Source: Aulosira sp. ZfuVER01
GTDB taxonomy: Bacteria; Cyanobacteriota; Cyanobacteriia; Cyanobacteriales; Nostocaceae
DNA: 29,336 nucleotides
Reading direction: 5' to 3'
Assembly: GCA_034530615.2 (NCBI GenBank)
Contig: JAVRCV020000042.1
Location: 1-29,336 of the forward strand
The first letter of the stretch is position 1; each line of letters opens with the position of its first letter. Positions 9,578 through 18,664 of this stretch are shown one piece after another. A program made the position numbers and the translations under genes. Under the pieces are notes generated by a model. It had not been told where the DNA came from. It saw only the letters and a list, made by a program, of their open reading frames with translations, and did not search any database.

Positions 9578-9601
9578 AAAAACCCGGTCGTTATGACCGG
9601 G
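9578..9601 (-). terminator. Intrinsic terminator of thrS
   Basis: cccggtc-gttat-gaccggg preceded by aaaaa (U-tract on minus strand). Confidence 0.7.
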
Positions 9602-9705
9602 CTGTTGGTGGGATATATTCCCTCTAGGTTAGATATAGAAAGTTAGATATAAATTGATGCGTTGGTAATTACTACCATGCTTGGGCTACCAATTTCGGAA
9701 AATTG

Positions 9706-11535
9706 CTAGAAGTTCTCAAAGTTTGCGATCGCATTCTTCAATTTATCCACAACCTCATCCACAGCAACAGCACCCAACTCCCCAGAGGCGCGGGTACGGA
9801 TACTCAAGGAGTTGCTTTCTACTTCCTTGGCTCCCACCACAGCCATCACGGGTATTTTATCTTTCTCTGCATTGCGGATCAATTTACCCAAGCGATCGCC
9901 ACTCAAATCAACTTCGGCACGGATGCCCAAAGCACGCATCTTGGCTGCCACATCTTTAGTAAAATCAATTTGCGCTTCACCAACTGGTAGCAATCGCGCT
10001 TGTACTGGCGCTAACCATAAGGGGAAATCACCCGCATACTCTTCAATCAAAATCCCAATCAGGCGTTCTAGCGAACCAAAAGGCGCACGGTGAATCATCA
10101 CCGGACGTTTGCGGGAACCATCTTCAGCAACGTACTCTAAATCAAACCTTTCTGGCAAGTTGTAATCTACTTGCACAGTACCCAGTTGCCATTCTCTTTC
10201 TAAAGCATCACTAAAGATAAAGTCGAGTTTAGGGCCATAAAACGCTGCTTCCCCAATTCCTTCAAAATGTTCCATCCCCAGATGTTCTACAGCACGGCGA
10301 ATTGCACCTTCAGCTTTTTCCCAAGCTTCATCGGAACCTATGTATTTATCACTGGCTGGATCGCGGAAACTCAGTCTGGCTTTAAAGTTCTTCAGTTGCA
10401 GTTTATTGAACACCGACAAAATCAAATCCACCACGCTGAGAAATTCGCTGTCTAGCTGTTCGGGGGTGACGAAGAGGTGAGAATCATCGACAGTAAAACC
10501 GCGCACTCTAGTTAAACCGCCCAATTCACCTGATTGTTCGTAGCGGTAAACAGTGCCAAATTCTGCCAAGCGCATTGGTAGTTCCCGGTAGGAACGCAAT
10601 TCACTCTTATATATTTGGATATGAAAAGGACAATTCATCGGCTTCATCACAAAGCCATTTTCTAAAGCCGCACCTTCTTCATCTTCCGCCATTAAGGGGA
10701 ACATATCTTCTTTATACTTCTGCCAATGTCCAGAGATTTTAAATAAATCCACTTTGGCGATATGGGGCGTGACTACAGGTAAATAACCGCGTTTTAGCTG
10801 TTCCTGTTGCAAAAAGTCTTCTAACAGACTCCGCAACAAAGTACCTTTGGGAGTCCACAAAGGTAAACCTGGACCCACCAGGTCAGAAAATATAAATAAT
10901 CCCAGTTCCTTACCCAGTTTGCGGTGATCTCGACGCTGTGCTTCTTCTTTGCGCCGCTTGTACTCAGCCAGTTGTTCTGGGGTTTCCCAAGCGGTGGCAT
11001 AAATACGTTGCAGTTGGGCTTTGGTTTCATCACCACGCCAATAAGCGCCAGCAACGCTTTCTAATTCAACTGCTTTGGGGTTAATTTGACTGGTATTTTC
11101 CAAATGAGGCCCCGCACACAAATCCCACCATTCATTCCCCAGGTGGTAAATCGTGATTGGTTCCTCTTTTATATCTGCCAGAATTTCTAGTTTGTAAGGT
11201 TCCTTAATTTCCTGAATTCGACGTTCAGCTTCTTCTCGGCTGACTTCTTCCCGAATTACTGGGAGTTTGCGATTGATAATTTTTACCATCTCTTTGGTGA
11301 TGGCTTTTAAATCCTTATCGCTAAATGGTTCTGGATTGTCAAAATCATAGTAGAAGCCGTTGTCAATCCAGGGGCCGATTGTTACTTGCGCCTTAGGAAA
11401 CAGCTTTTGTACAGCCATAGCCATCACGTGGGAAGCGGTGTGGCGGATTTTTTTTAAATTTTCCGATTCGCTGCTACGAGGCAAATACATTTTTTCAGAT
11501 TGTTCTGGTTGGTTGGGAACTTGATTAGGCGACAT
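9706..11535 (-). CDS. thrS: Threonine--tRNA ligase
   Basis: 609 aa; editing HTASH and DLCAGPH, RDHRKLG, KPMNCPFH, YRYEQSGELGGLTRVRGF, MIHRAPFGSLER, C-terminal anticodon domain. Confidence 0.98.
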   Translation of the reverse strand: MSPNQVPNQPEQSEKMYLPRSSESENLKKIRHTASHVMAMAVQKLFPKAQVTIGPWIDNGFYYDFDNPEPFSDKDLKAITKEMVKIINRKLPVIREEVSREEAERRIQEIKEPYKLEILADIKEEPITIYHLGNEWWDLCAGPHLENTSQINPKAVELESVAGAYWRGDETKAQLQRIYATAWETPEQLAEYKRRKEEAQRRDHRKLGKELGLFIFSDLVGPGLPLWTPKGTLLRSLLEDFLQQEQLKRGYLPVVTPHIAKVDLFKISGHWQKYKEDMFPLMAEDEEGAALENGFVMKPMNCPFHIQIYKSELRSYRELPMRLAEFGTVYRYEQSGELGGLTRVRGFTVDDSHLFVTPEQLDSEFLSVVDLILSVFNKLQLKNFKARLSFRDPASDKYIGSDEAWEKAEGAIRRAVEHLGMEHFEGIGEAAFYGPKLDFIFSDALEREWQLGTVQVDYNLPERFDLEYVAEDGSRKRPVMIHRAPFGSLERLIGILIEEYAGDFPLWLAPVQARLLPVGEAQIDFTKDVAAKMRALGIRAEVDLSGDRLGKLIRNAEKDKIPVMAVVGAKEVESNSLSIRTRASGELGAVAVDEVVDKLKNAIANFENF

Positions 11536-12179
11536 CGGCTGCTAAACCATTGGCGAAGTGATTGCAAAATTAATTTATCAGTTGGTGTTCTGAAAAATCT
11601 ACCCAAATATAACATGGGTGTATTTGTCATCTTAATAGGCTTTGACATCTACTGGATGCTCTCTCACATCTTTGATTGAATAGTTTTTTACCAATGTTTA
11701 ATCAGCCTGAATATGAGCATTGATGAGTCTGCTAGTGGCTGTCTGCAACATCGCTCTTTTGATAAGAAGAAAAGCAGAGGGCAGATGGCAGGATAAGGTA
11801 CAAACCTCATCCTTTGTGGCTAAAAGTTTCCCTGCTGTTTTGATACATACGCTTCCTGCACTGCACGTGATTCATTAATTAACTTTTGCTGTGCAGGCTT
11901 CTCCAACTATAGCGATTTTAATTACTGCCAGTTTGGCTGAAGATTGCAATTGTTGAATTAATTTAGTCTGGAAATTAATGACTGAGTAAAGTTGCGTCCT
12001 GCTTATATAAAAGCAATATTTCTCAATATATTATTGAAGTTAACGATCTATCTTTAGACTGAATTTTCTCTACAGCGATCGCAGTTGACTTTATAACTGT
12101 GTTTAGAGCGATCCCACTTTAGACACCATACCTCAGGCAGCTATCCAGACCTCTTGACAAAAAGATAAAATAGATAAAT

Positions 12180-12193
12180 GTATCCTAAGATAC
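12180..12193. promoter_or_regulatory. NtcA-type box upstream of DUF2605 / thrS
   Basis: GTATC-ctaa-GATAC = GTA-N8-TAC with extended palindrome; TTGACA at 12154-12159. Confidence 0.55.
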
Positions 12194-12295
12194 GGAAATT
12201 TCGATTTATTTTAATCATGAAACAAGAAAAAATGATGTGAAGAATTGTAAATAAAGTTAATATTAGAGAGAAAGTTAGAAGTATGCTTCTCATTT

Positions 12296-12619
12296 ATGCG
12301 AGACTCAAATTCCCCAGGGGCTGAATTGCTCAAAAGTCTATTAGAACCGCTGTTAGAGGATTTTCAGTATTGGTTTGCGGGATCGCGCAAATTTCTGGAA
12401 ACCAGGCAACTCTCGTTTATGAGTGAGCAAGAGCAAAATGACTTGCTTTTAGAAATCAAGCAAGCGCAGGATGAACTCAACACGGCAAAGATGATGTTCA
12501 ACGCAACTGATGGACAAGTTGGGATTGATATGGCGACAATAACGCCTTGGCACGAACTGGTAACAAAATGCTGGAATGTGGTGATGCGCTTCCATCAAGA
12601 ACGAGATGCAGAAAAATAG
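12296..12619 (+). CDS. DUF2605 family protein
   Basis: 107 aa; LLKSLLEPLLEDFQYWF...ATDGQVGIDM...PWHELVTKCW signature. Confidence 0.85.
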   Translation: MRDSNSPGAELLKSLLEPLLEDFQYWFAGSRKFLETRQLSFMSEQEQNDLLLEIKQAQDELNTAKMMFNATDGQVGIDMATITPWHELVTKCWNVVMRFHQERDAEK

Positions 12620-12622
12620 ATT

Positions 12623-12657
12623 TTTATTAATTAAGTTCGATAGACTTAAATTAATAA
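12623..12657 (+). terminator. AT-rich hairpin after DUF2605
   Basis: ttattaattaagt-tcgatag-acttaaattaataa. Confidence 0.45.
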
Positions 12658-12830
12658 CAGCAAGTCGCTAGCTAATAAAGCGTTCGAGTAAATAGACAAA
12701 TCATCAAAATCACGGAAAACCTTACTTTATAGGCTTTTTGGATTTTGAATTTTATAGACATCCACAAAGTCTTCAGATTCTCTCTAAATTACACAATCCT
12801 TAATAAATTTTGAATAAATCAGAAAAGAAT

Positions 12831-12871
12831 GTATACCATGCTACCTTGTTCTGAATAACGGTTAATAGACT
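12831..12871 (+). promoter_or_regulatory. Class II NtcA-activated promoter geometry upstream of DUF2973
   Basis: GTAtaccatgcTAC (12831-12844), 21-nt spacer, TAGACT -10 box (12866-12871). Confidence 0.6.
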
Positions 12872-12927
12872 GCCCTTAATAAACAACATAAAACGTACAA
12901 ACAGTACGTTAATTAGTCGCTATAGCT

Positions 12928-12941
12928 GTAACTTAAGTTAC
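12928..12941. promoter_or_regulatory. Second NtcA-type box (perfect palindrome) in the DUF2973 leader
   Basis: GTAACTTAAGTTAC, GTA-N8-TAC, fully self-complementary. Confidence 0.5.
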
Positions 12942-13003
12942 TAGTACAGCGAAAGGTTACCGTAAAAACTTTTAAAACTCGCTTCCTCTGGAGGACAATT
13001 CCG

Positions 13004-13321
13004 ATGTTACACCTGCTTTACATTCTTGCTTTTACGATCCTTGCCGTTATTGCTGTTGCCAATTTAATTCGCAATTTGATTATGTTCAGTTTTGATCGAG
13101 AGCGAACTTATCCGGCAATGAATAATCAGGGCAAATTTGGCTATCCCTCTTCAAATAAGCAGTTTAAACCACATCCAGAGTTATTAGACGGAGCAGGTAA
13201 CTTAATTAAAGAGCCTTTATTAGTGATGCGGTCAATCAACGTTGAAGATGCCCGCCAACAACTAGATGCTTTATATGAATCTTCTCCAGGTCGTAAAGTC
13301 GAGAATCAGGAAGAAGGATAA
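13004..13321 (+). CDS. DUF2973 family membrane-anchored protein
   Basis: 105 aa; GGAGG SD; N-terminal TM LYILAFTILAVIAVANLIRNLI, HPELLD.G...EPLLVMRS, DARQQLDALY. Confidence 0.85.
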   Translation: MLHLLYILAFTILAVIAVANLIRNLIMFSFDRERTYPAMNNQGKFGYPSSNKQFKPHPELLDGAGNLIKEPLLVMRSINVEDARQQLDALYESSPGRKVENQEEG

Positions 13322-13368
13322 GTCGGAGTATTAATTCCTGAGTGAAGAATAAATCTACATAACAGGGT

Positions 13369-13409
13369 AAAGAAAGAAGGAATTTGGATCTTCTTTCTTT
13401 TTTTATTTT
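13369..13409 (+). terminator. Intrinsic terminator after DUF2973
   Basis: aaagaaagaag ... cttctttcttt plus ttttatttt. Confidence 0.7.
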
Positions 13410-13417
13410 GGCTGGCA

Positions 13418-13502
13418 TTAGGGGAGAAGGAGAACAAGGGGGACAAGGAAGTAGGGGAAGATAAAATGCCCAATGCCCCATGCCCCATGCCCCATTCCCT
13501 AA
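13418..13502. repeat. STRR-type short tandem repeats (9-mer GGGACAAGG-like and 7-mer ATGCCCC)
   Basis: ggagaacaagggggacaaggaagtaggggaagataaaatgcccaatgccccatgccccatgccccattccc. Confidence 0.8.
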
Positions 13503-15794
13503 TTACGCTTCAATCACCACGCGTAGATTGCCGCGTTTTTTCGCAACACGACAAGCGGTGGTGTTACCAGAACGCTCAAACTCTAAATCGAGGACGGTAG
13601 GGCCGACTTGCAAATTGTGGAAGGACAAGCGATTAATCGACTCTGGCAAAGCGGGGTCGATGATTCGCAAGCAGTTATTTTGGGCATCTGGTACAAGATT
13701 GACCATCATTTGCAGGAGTTGGAAGACACTACCAGTAGCCCAAGCTTGGGGAGTGCAGGCGACTGGGTACTGTACGGGGGCATTATCACCGTTACGTTCG
13801 TAACCGCAGAACAGTTCTGGTGGACGTTGATATGCTTGCTGGCTAGTCATATCAAATAAACCTTGGAATAGTTCCAGGGCTTGATCTATTAAACCAAGCG
13901 ATCGCAACCCCATCGCAATGATAGCGTTGTCGTGGGGCCAAACTGAACCGATGTGATAGCCCATTGGATTGTAGGCTGGGGATAAACTACTCAAAGTGCG
14001 AATCCCCCAACCATTAAACATATCTGGTGCCCGCAACCTTTCTGCGACACTGTAGGCTTTTTCGGGTGTCAAGATGCCTAAATGTAAACAATGACCAGGA
14101 TTTGAGGTAATACTATCTACCTGCTTGCCATCACCATCCAAAGCTAAAGCACAGAAATCCCGATCTTCCATCCAGAAATCTCTGTTAAAACGCACCTTGA
14201 GATTTCTCGCCTCTTCTTGCCAACGGTCTGCTAAATCTAGCCGCTTTTTCATTCGTGCAATTTCTGCTAGGCGCATTTTCGCTGCATAAACGTAAGCCTG
14301 CACCTCACAAAGTGCGATCGGTCCGCTAGCTAGCTCTCCCTTATGGTCTACAATACAGTCGCCAGAATCTTTCCACCCTTGGTTAGCCAGACCGCGTTTC
14401 GATTTACGGTAGTAGCTTAAGTAGCTAGTTTGTCTTGTATTGCGGTCAATCCAGTCCATTGCCGCCAAAGCATTCGGCCAAAGTTGCTCTAAAATTTCGT
14501 GATCGTTTGTCCAAGCGTAATACTCAGCATAGAGCATCAGCCATAGGGGTGTGGCATCGACTGTACCGTAGTAAGGTGTATGGGGAATTTCTTGACAACG
14601 CGCCATTTCCCCCAACCGCAACTCGTGTAAAATCTTGCCTGGTTCTTCTTCGCGCCACTCATCCTCTACTTTGCCTTGGTATTGTGCTAGCAGTATCAAA
14701 GTTTCTTTGGCAATTGTGGGATTTAACATCAAAGTTTGGGAAGCTGTAATGATCGAATCTCGCCCAAACAGTGCCGAAAACCACGGTACTCCTGCCGAAA
14801 CAGTCTTATATTTGCCAAAGGACTGGCGCAACAAATACATATCTTGCTCAGCTCGTTCAATTACTCGATTGAACATACTTTTATCTGAGCTAATGCGGGT
14901 AATTTGTTGTACCCAGTGTTGTTCTTCCATTAACTCAGCGGCTTTCGCTTGTGGTAAAGTAATCGCCGCACTCACGGTAGAACTAGGTTGGTTGTTTCTC
15001 AACAAATTCACCCGATAGCCTAATTTTTGGGTTTCGTGGGGAGCTAACTCTAACTGCCAAACCGCAGTGTAACCTTTAAAATAGTCTGGTTGCCGATGCT
15101 GAAATTGGATACGCGATTCCATGACTAAGCCATCTAAACCTTGATAAGCCATCGTTAGGAATTCGTCCCGCACTAATATGGGCTGAATTTGTGTAGCTAA
15201 AAAGCCATCACCTTCTTGGGATGTGACCTCTTCAGGTAGCGGTTCTACTAGGCGTAAAAGTCTACCCCGTTTGTCTCTGCCATAACCCCGGACTTCAAAT
15301 AAATCAACAAAATCTGCATCAAAGCTGATACTTAGTTCAAAACTAACGCTAGTTGTGCTATAGTTAGCTACTTCAATTTCTTCAAACAGTGCACCATTGA
15401 GTACGAGTTCCCGGCGAATCCCTACAGTATCAGCCCTCAGGCGTTCATCAATCCTGGGGTTAGTACATAGCACCGAGAGGGCAAATCCTTTTTCCGCAGT
15501 ACTGCTAAGTAGCACAGGCGATCGCCCTTCAATCTGCAACTCTAGGCGACTGAGAAATCTTGTATCGCAACAAAACAGTCCCATACTGGGGTTGCCATCG
15601 TTGAGGGAACAGCCAGAAATATTCCCAATCGTATCTGTTACTAAAAATAAATCATCATCTTTAACCGTCAGCGTTGGTTGTGGTCTTTCACTTACAACAC
15701 AAGGCCACTCCGGGATAGGTAGTTGTTCTGCGGGAATATAAGTTTTTCCGTCCAAGAAGATTTTTTCCGGTGTCATCAGTATATCCGGTGTCAT
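13503..15794 (-). CDS. Amylo-alpha-1,6-glucosidase / glycogen-debranching-like (alpha/alpha)6 glycoside hydrolase with N-terminal GDE domain
   Basis: 763 aa; AGVPWFSALFGRDS, EEPGKILHELR, PYYGTVDATPLW, NQGWKDS, YHIGSVWPHDN, PELFCG, PQAWA; alternative start at second Met (MTPDILMTPEK). Confidence 0.88.
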   Translation of the reverse strand: MTPDILMTPEKIFLDGKTYIPAEQLPIPEWPCVVSERPQPTLTVKDDDLFLVTDTIGNISGCSLNDGNPSMGLFCCDTRFLSRLELQIEGRSPVLLSSTAEKGFALSVLCTNPRIDERLRADTVGIRRELVLNGALFEEIEVANYSTTSVSFELSISFDADFVDLFEVRGYGRDKRGRLLRLVEPLPEEVTSQEGDGFLATQIQPILVRDEFLTMAYQGLDGLVMESRIQFQHRQPDYFKGYTAVWQLELAPHETQKLGYRVNLLRNNQPSSTVSAAITLPQAKAAELMEEQHWVQQITRISSDKSMFNRVIERAEQDMYLLRQSFGKYKTVSAGVPWFSALFGRDSIITASQTLMLNPTIAKETLILLAQYQGKVEDEWREEEPGKILHELRLGEMARCQEIPHTPYYGTVDATPLWLMLYAEYYAWTNDHEILEQLWPNALAAMDWIDRNTRQTSYLSYYRKSKRGLANQGWKDSGDCIVDHKGELASGPIALCEVQAYVYAAKMRLAEIARMKKRLDLADRWQEEARNLKVRFNRDFWMEDRDFCALALDGDGKQVDSITSNPGHCLHLGILTPEKAYSVAERLRAPDMFNGWGIRTLSSLSPAYNPMGYHIGSVWPHDNAIIAMGLRSLGLIDQALELFQGLFDMTSQQAYQRPPELFCGYERNGDNAPVQYPVACTPQAWATGSVFQLLQMMVNLVPDAQNNCLRIIDPALPESINRLSFHNLQVGPTVLDLEFERSGNTTACRVAKKRGNLRVVIEA

Positions 15795-16284
15795 TAGGCA
15801 ACATTCCGTGTACAGGTCTAGATTTTCGCAATTGCATCGGCGTCAACAGGAAAAAGTCCCAGCGGAGGCTGACTCCAATCTAAAACTTGGGAAAAAAGAC
15901 GCTCTAGCAAACTTAGTTGAGCCATTCAAGCCAAAACAATAGTTACATACTCTTGGCAAAAGGACAGCTATCAAATCTACAACAATCAAATATTGAGAAA
16001 TTTAAAACTTACGCAGAACACATCCCCTAACCCTGATTTAAAACGAGATTTGAGGTTTTCCCCAGAAAAACAAGAGTAATTCAGGATTTGGGTTTTCAAT
16101 GCGTCAGTTGGTAAACTTATATTTTTTAAAGTTTTATTAATCTAACGTCAAGTCTAAAAAAACGCAATTTCAACCTATTTTGGGTATAATTCAGCCTAAA
16201 ATCTTTATTTAAAAACTAAATGTCAGCTATGATGGCAAAATATTGGTTTTTCTTGGCTGTAGTCAGCCACCATATTGCTAAGAC

Positions 16285-16331
16285 ATAAATTAGAAGGCGA
16301 AATCAGCAAATAATATCGCCTTCTAATTTAT
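16285..16331 (-). terminator. Perfect 16-bp inverted repeat downstream of the GT4 gene
   Basis: ataaattagaaggcga (16285-16300) / tcgccttctaatttat (16316-16331). Confidence 0.7.
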
Positions 16332-16358
16332 AGGCTTATAGTTTATAAGTGTAATTTA

Positions 16359-17384
16359 TTACTTTAACACCATATTATAAGCCCGTTCGTACTCATCAGT
16401 CATCGATTGAACACTAAAGCGTCTCACAACGTACTCCCGACAAGTCTGCCGATCTAATTTCATCGCATCTGGAATAACCTCAATCATTTTTTCCAGAGAA
16501 TGACAAACAAAACCGGTCTTCCCATGAGTAATGACTTCTGGTACTGCACCTAACCCCATACCAATTACAGGTGTACCTGTGGCCATTGACTCAATCATCA
16601 CCAAGCCAAAAGGCTCCCGCCAAGTAATTGGGAACAAAGTGACACTCGCTTCCCCTAGCAATTTCACTTTTTCCTCGTGGGAAACTTCACCCAAGTACTG
16701 AACCTGTTCGCCATCAATTAATGGTTCAACTTCTTGCTGATAATACTCGCGATCGACAACATCTATTTTGCCAGCCATTTTTAGAGGTAAGCCGACGGCA
16801 CGAGCAACTTTGATTGCTTCTACTGGCCCTTTTTCTGGCGAGAAACGTCCCACAAATGCGATGTATGCAGGTTGCCTTGGTTCAGGCTGGAACGTATAAG
16901 CGCTGGTATCAATACCGTTGTAGACAGTGTGAATGTAGTTTAAGCCCAAGCGGGGTTCTCGTTGTGCCTCGCTAATGCTAATAAAAGGTTGCCAAGAAAA
17001 ATGGCGAAAAATCTTTTCATTATCGTGGGTAAAAACACCATGCATTGTGTGTACTGAAGGCGTTTTTACGAAACTTGCATAGCCAAGGGCACTAGCACCG
17101 ACGTGCGAATGAATAATATCAAAATGATGCGCTTTTTGATACACATCGGCAAGCATCATTTGCTCATAAACCAATGGCTCTTTGACTGTAGGATCGAGTC
17201 TGAGCGCTTGGTTATGCACAGAGTGCAGCTTGGCTTTGGTAATCGAGTCACCAGATGCGAATAAAGTTACTTCATGACCACGCCGAACTAATTCATCCGT
17301 GAGTAGCTGGACAACTAATTCTATACCACCATACCGAAAGGGAGGAACACGCTCCCACAAAGGGGAAATCTGGGCAATTCTCAT
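16359..17384 (-). CDS. Glycosyltransferase family 4
   Basis: 341 aa; MRIAQISPLWERVPPFRYGGIE, GHEVTLFASGDS, GRFSPEKG, EPFGLVMIESMATGTPVI (EX7E). Confidence 0.93.
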   Translation of the reverse strand: MRIAQISPLWERVPPFRYGGIELVVQLLTDELVRRGHEVTLFASGDSITKAKLHSVHNQALRLDPTVKEPLVYEQMMLADVYQKAHHFDIIHSHVGASALGYASFVKTPSVHTMHGVFTHDNEKIFRHFSWQPFISISEAQREPRLGLNYIHTVYNGIDTSAYTFQPEPRQPAYIAFVGRFSPEKGPVEAIKVARAVGLPLKMAGKIDVVDREYYQQEVEPLIDGEQVQYLGEVSHEEKVKLLGEASVTLFPITWREPFGLVMIESMATGTPVIGMGLGAVPEVITHGKTGFVCHSLEKMIEVIPDAMKLDRQTCREYVVRRFSVQSMTDEYERAYNMVLK

Positions 17385-18664
17385 GTTTCACCTGAGCAGT
17401 TAATTATTGGCATATAAGCCCAGGAAATCTGAGGATATAAAACTCATATTTTCAAAAAATGTGGCCATATATGCCAAGATTTATGTTTACTCAGATCGAC
17501 TTTATTAGTAGATGCAAAGTAAACTGAAACTAATTGATATTAAAGGTATTGGGGAATTTTTATTCTAGTTATTTTGGGAAAGTTTTAAACAGTATGATTC
17601 CCCACTAGGGCTTATAAGCCAATAGGTCAGCCGATTTTACTCAATAGTTATTGCATACTTAACTACTTTTAGTAAAAGGCTTAATTTTTCAATGTGTCAC
17701 ATAGGTTTAATAAAAATTTAAACTAGTTGACAAATTTATATTACATGAAATTGTTAAATATAGCAATATATCCAATCATTAATCGACTTTTGCTAGGATA
17801 AAACCTATATATAGCAAGCATTTTTGGCATTATATTGCATAGTTATATTGAGCAAATACAAAACCTAATTAAGCTCCCTCAAGCTGCTGACAAATGAAAA
17901 TAATAATTAATGTAAATTCTGATACACAAATACAAATATCTCAAAAAGTACAAGGATACTAGCATTTGTAATACATACAACTTACCTACAAGCCTTGGTT
18001 CACTAATGCTTACTTAGCTAAGTATGAAGTTTCATAACTACTGTTTCATCACATTAATGAACAAGAGAGAATGATTTCGAGCGAGACTTTATTCCTAGAT
18101 TTTTAAGCGCTCAAGTGCTGACTAGGATATTCTGAAAAAAGAAATTTTTCACTTGCTCAATCTTCTAGGTTTAATGATGGAGTGGTATTAACTACTCACC
18201 CACATTACTCAACATTGCTTGCAAAACAGTGTTGAGATATTGAGTGCTTCATTTTGTATATGGGCGTAATTTTTGCAATAAAACTTAGGCTCTGGCTGAT
18301 GGTGGATCTGCTCCAGAATGTATATTGGGCGTAGTAGCCTATTATTTGAAACATTACAATGCCAGCAAATGCATAAAGAAAACTTGAGCCAAGAACAAAG
18401 CCGTTATGGCAAATGGCTAAATCAAGGTGCGAACAACGAATGTATTGCCGTTTTTGGTCTATTTGCTAGTCAAGGCTAATCGATCAATCAACAAGCTGTA
18501 CAAGCTTCTCTGATGTGAGAGCAGACTGCTGCACTACTGCTAAAATTCCTTTTCACGATTCTTTACATATTGCAACTGTCTAGTTGATTGTAGAGTCCAT
18601 TGTAATTTGTACAATGCAGCTGTGACTCAGATCTTATCCAGATTGGGCTTCCTTAACGATATTC

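Noticed and set aside
11551..12150. T-box or other known riboswitch in the long thrS upstream region
   Set aside because: No T-box consensus or terminator/antiterminator recognisable by eye
13236..13488. Minus-strand ORFs MGHWAF.../MGHGALG...
   Set aside because: Translations of STRR repeats and a terminator
13418..13502. Repeats considered as a CRISPR array
   Set aside because: 7-9-nt tandem units without unique spacers; no cas genes in the window
15765..15794. Duplicated TCCGGTGTCAT at the glucosidase N-terminus (MTPDIL-MTPEK)
   Set aside because: Small in-frame duplication giving only start-codon ambiguity; no further signal
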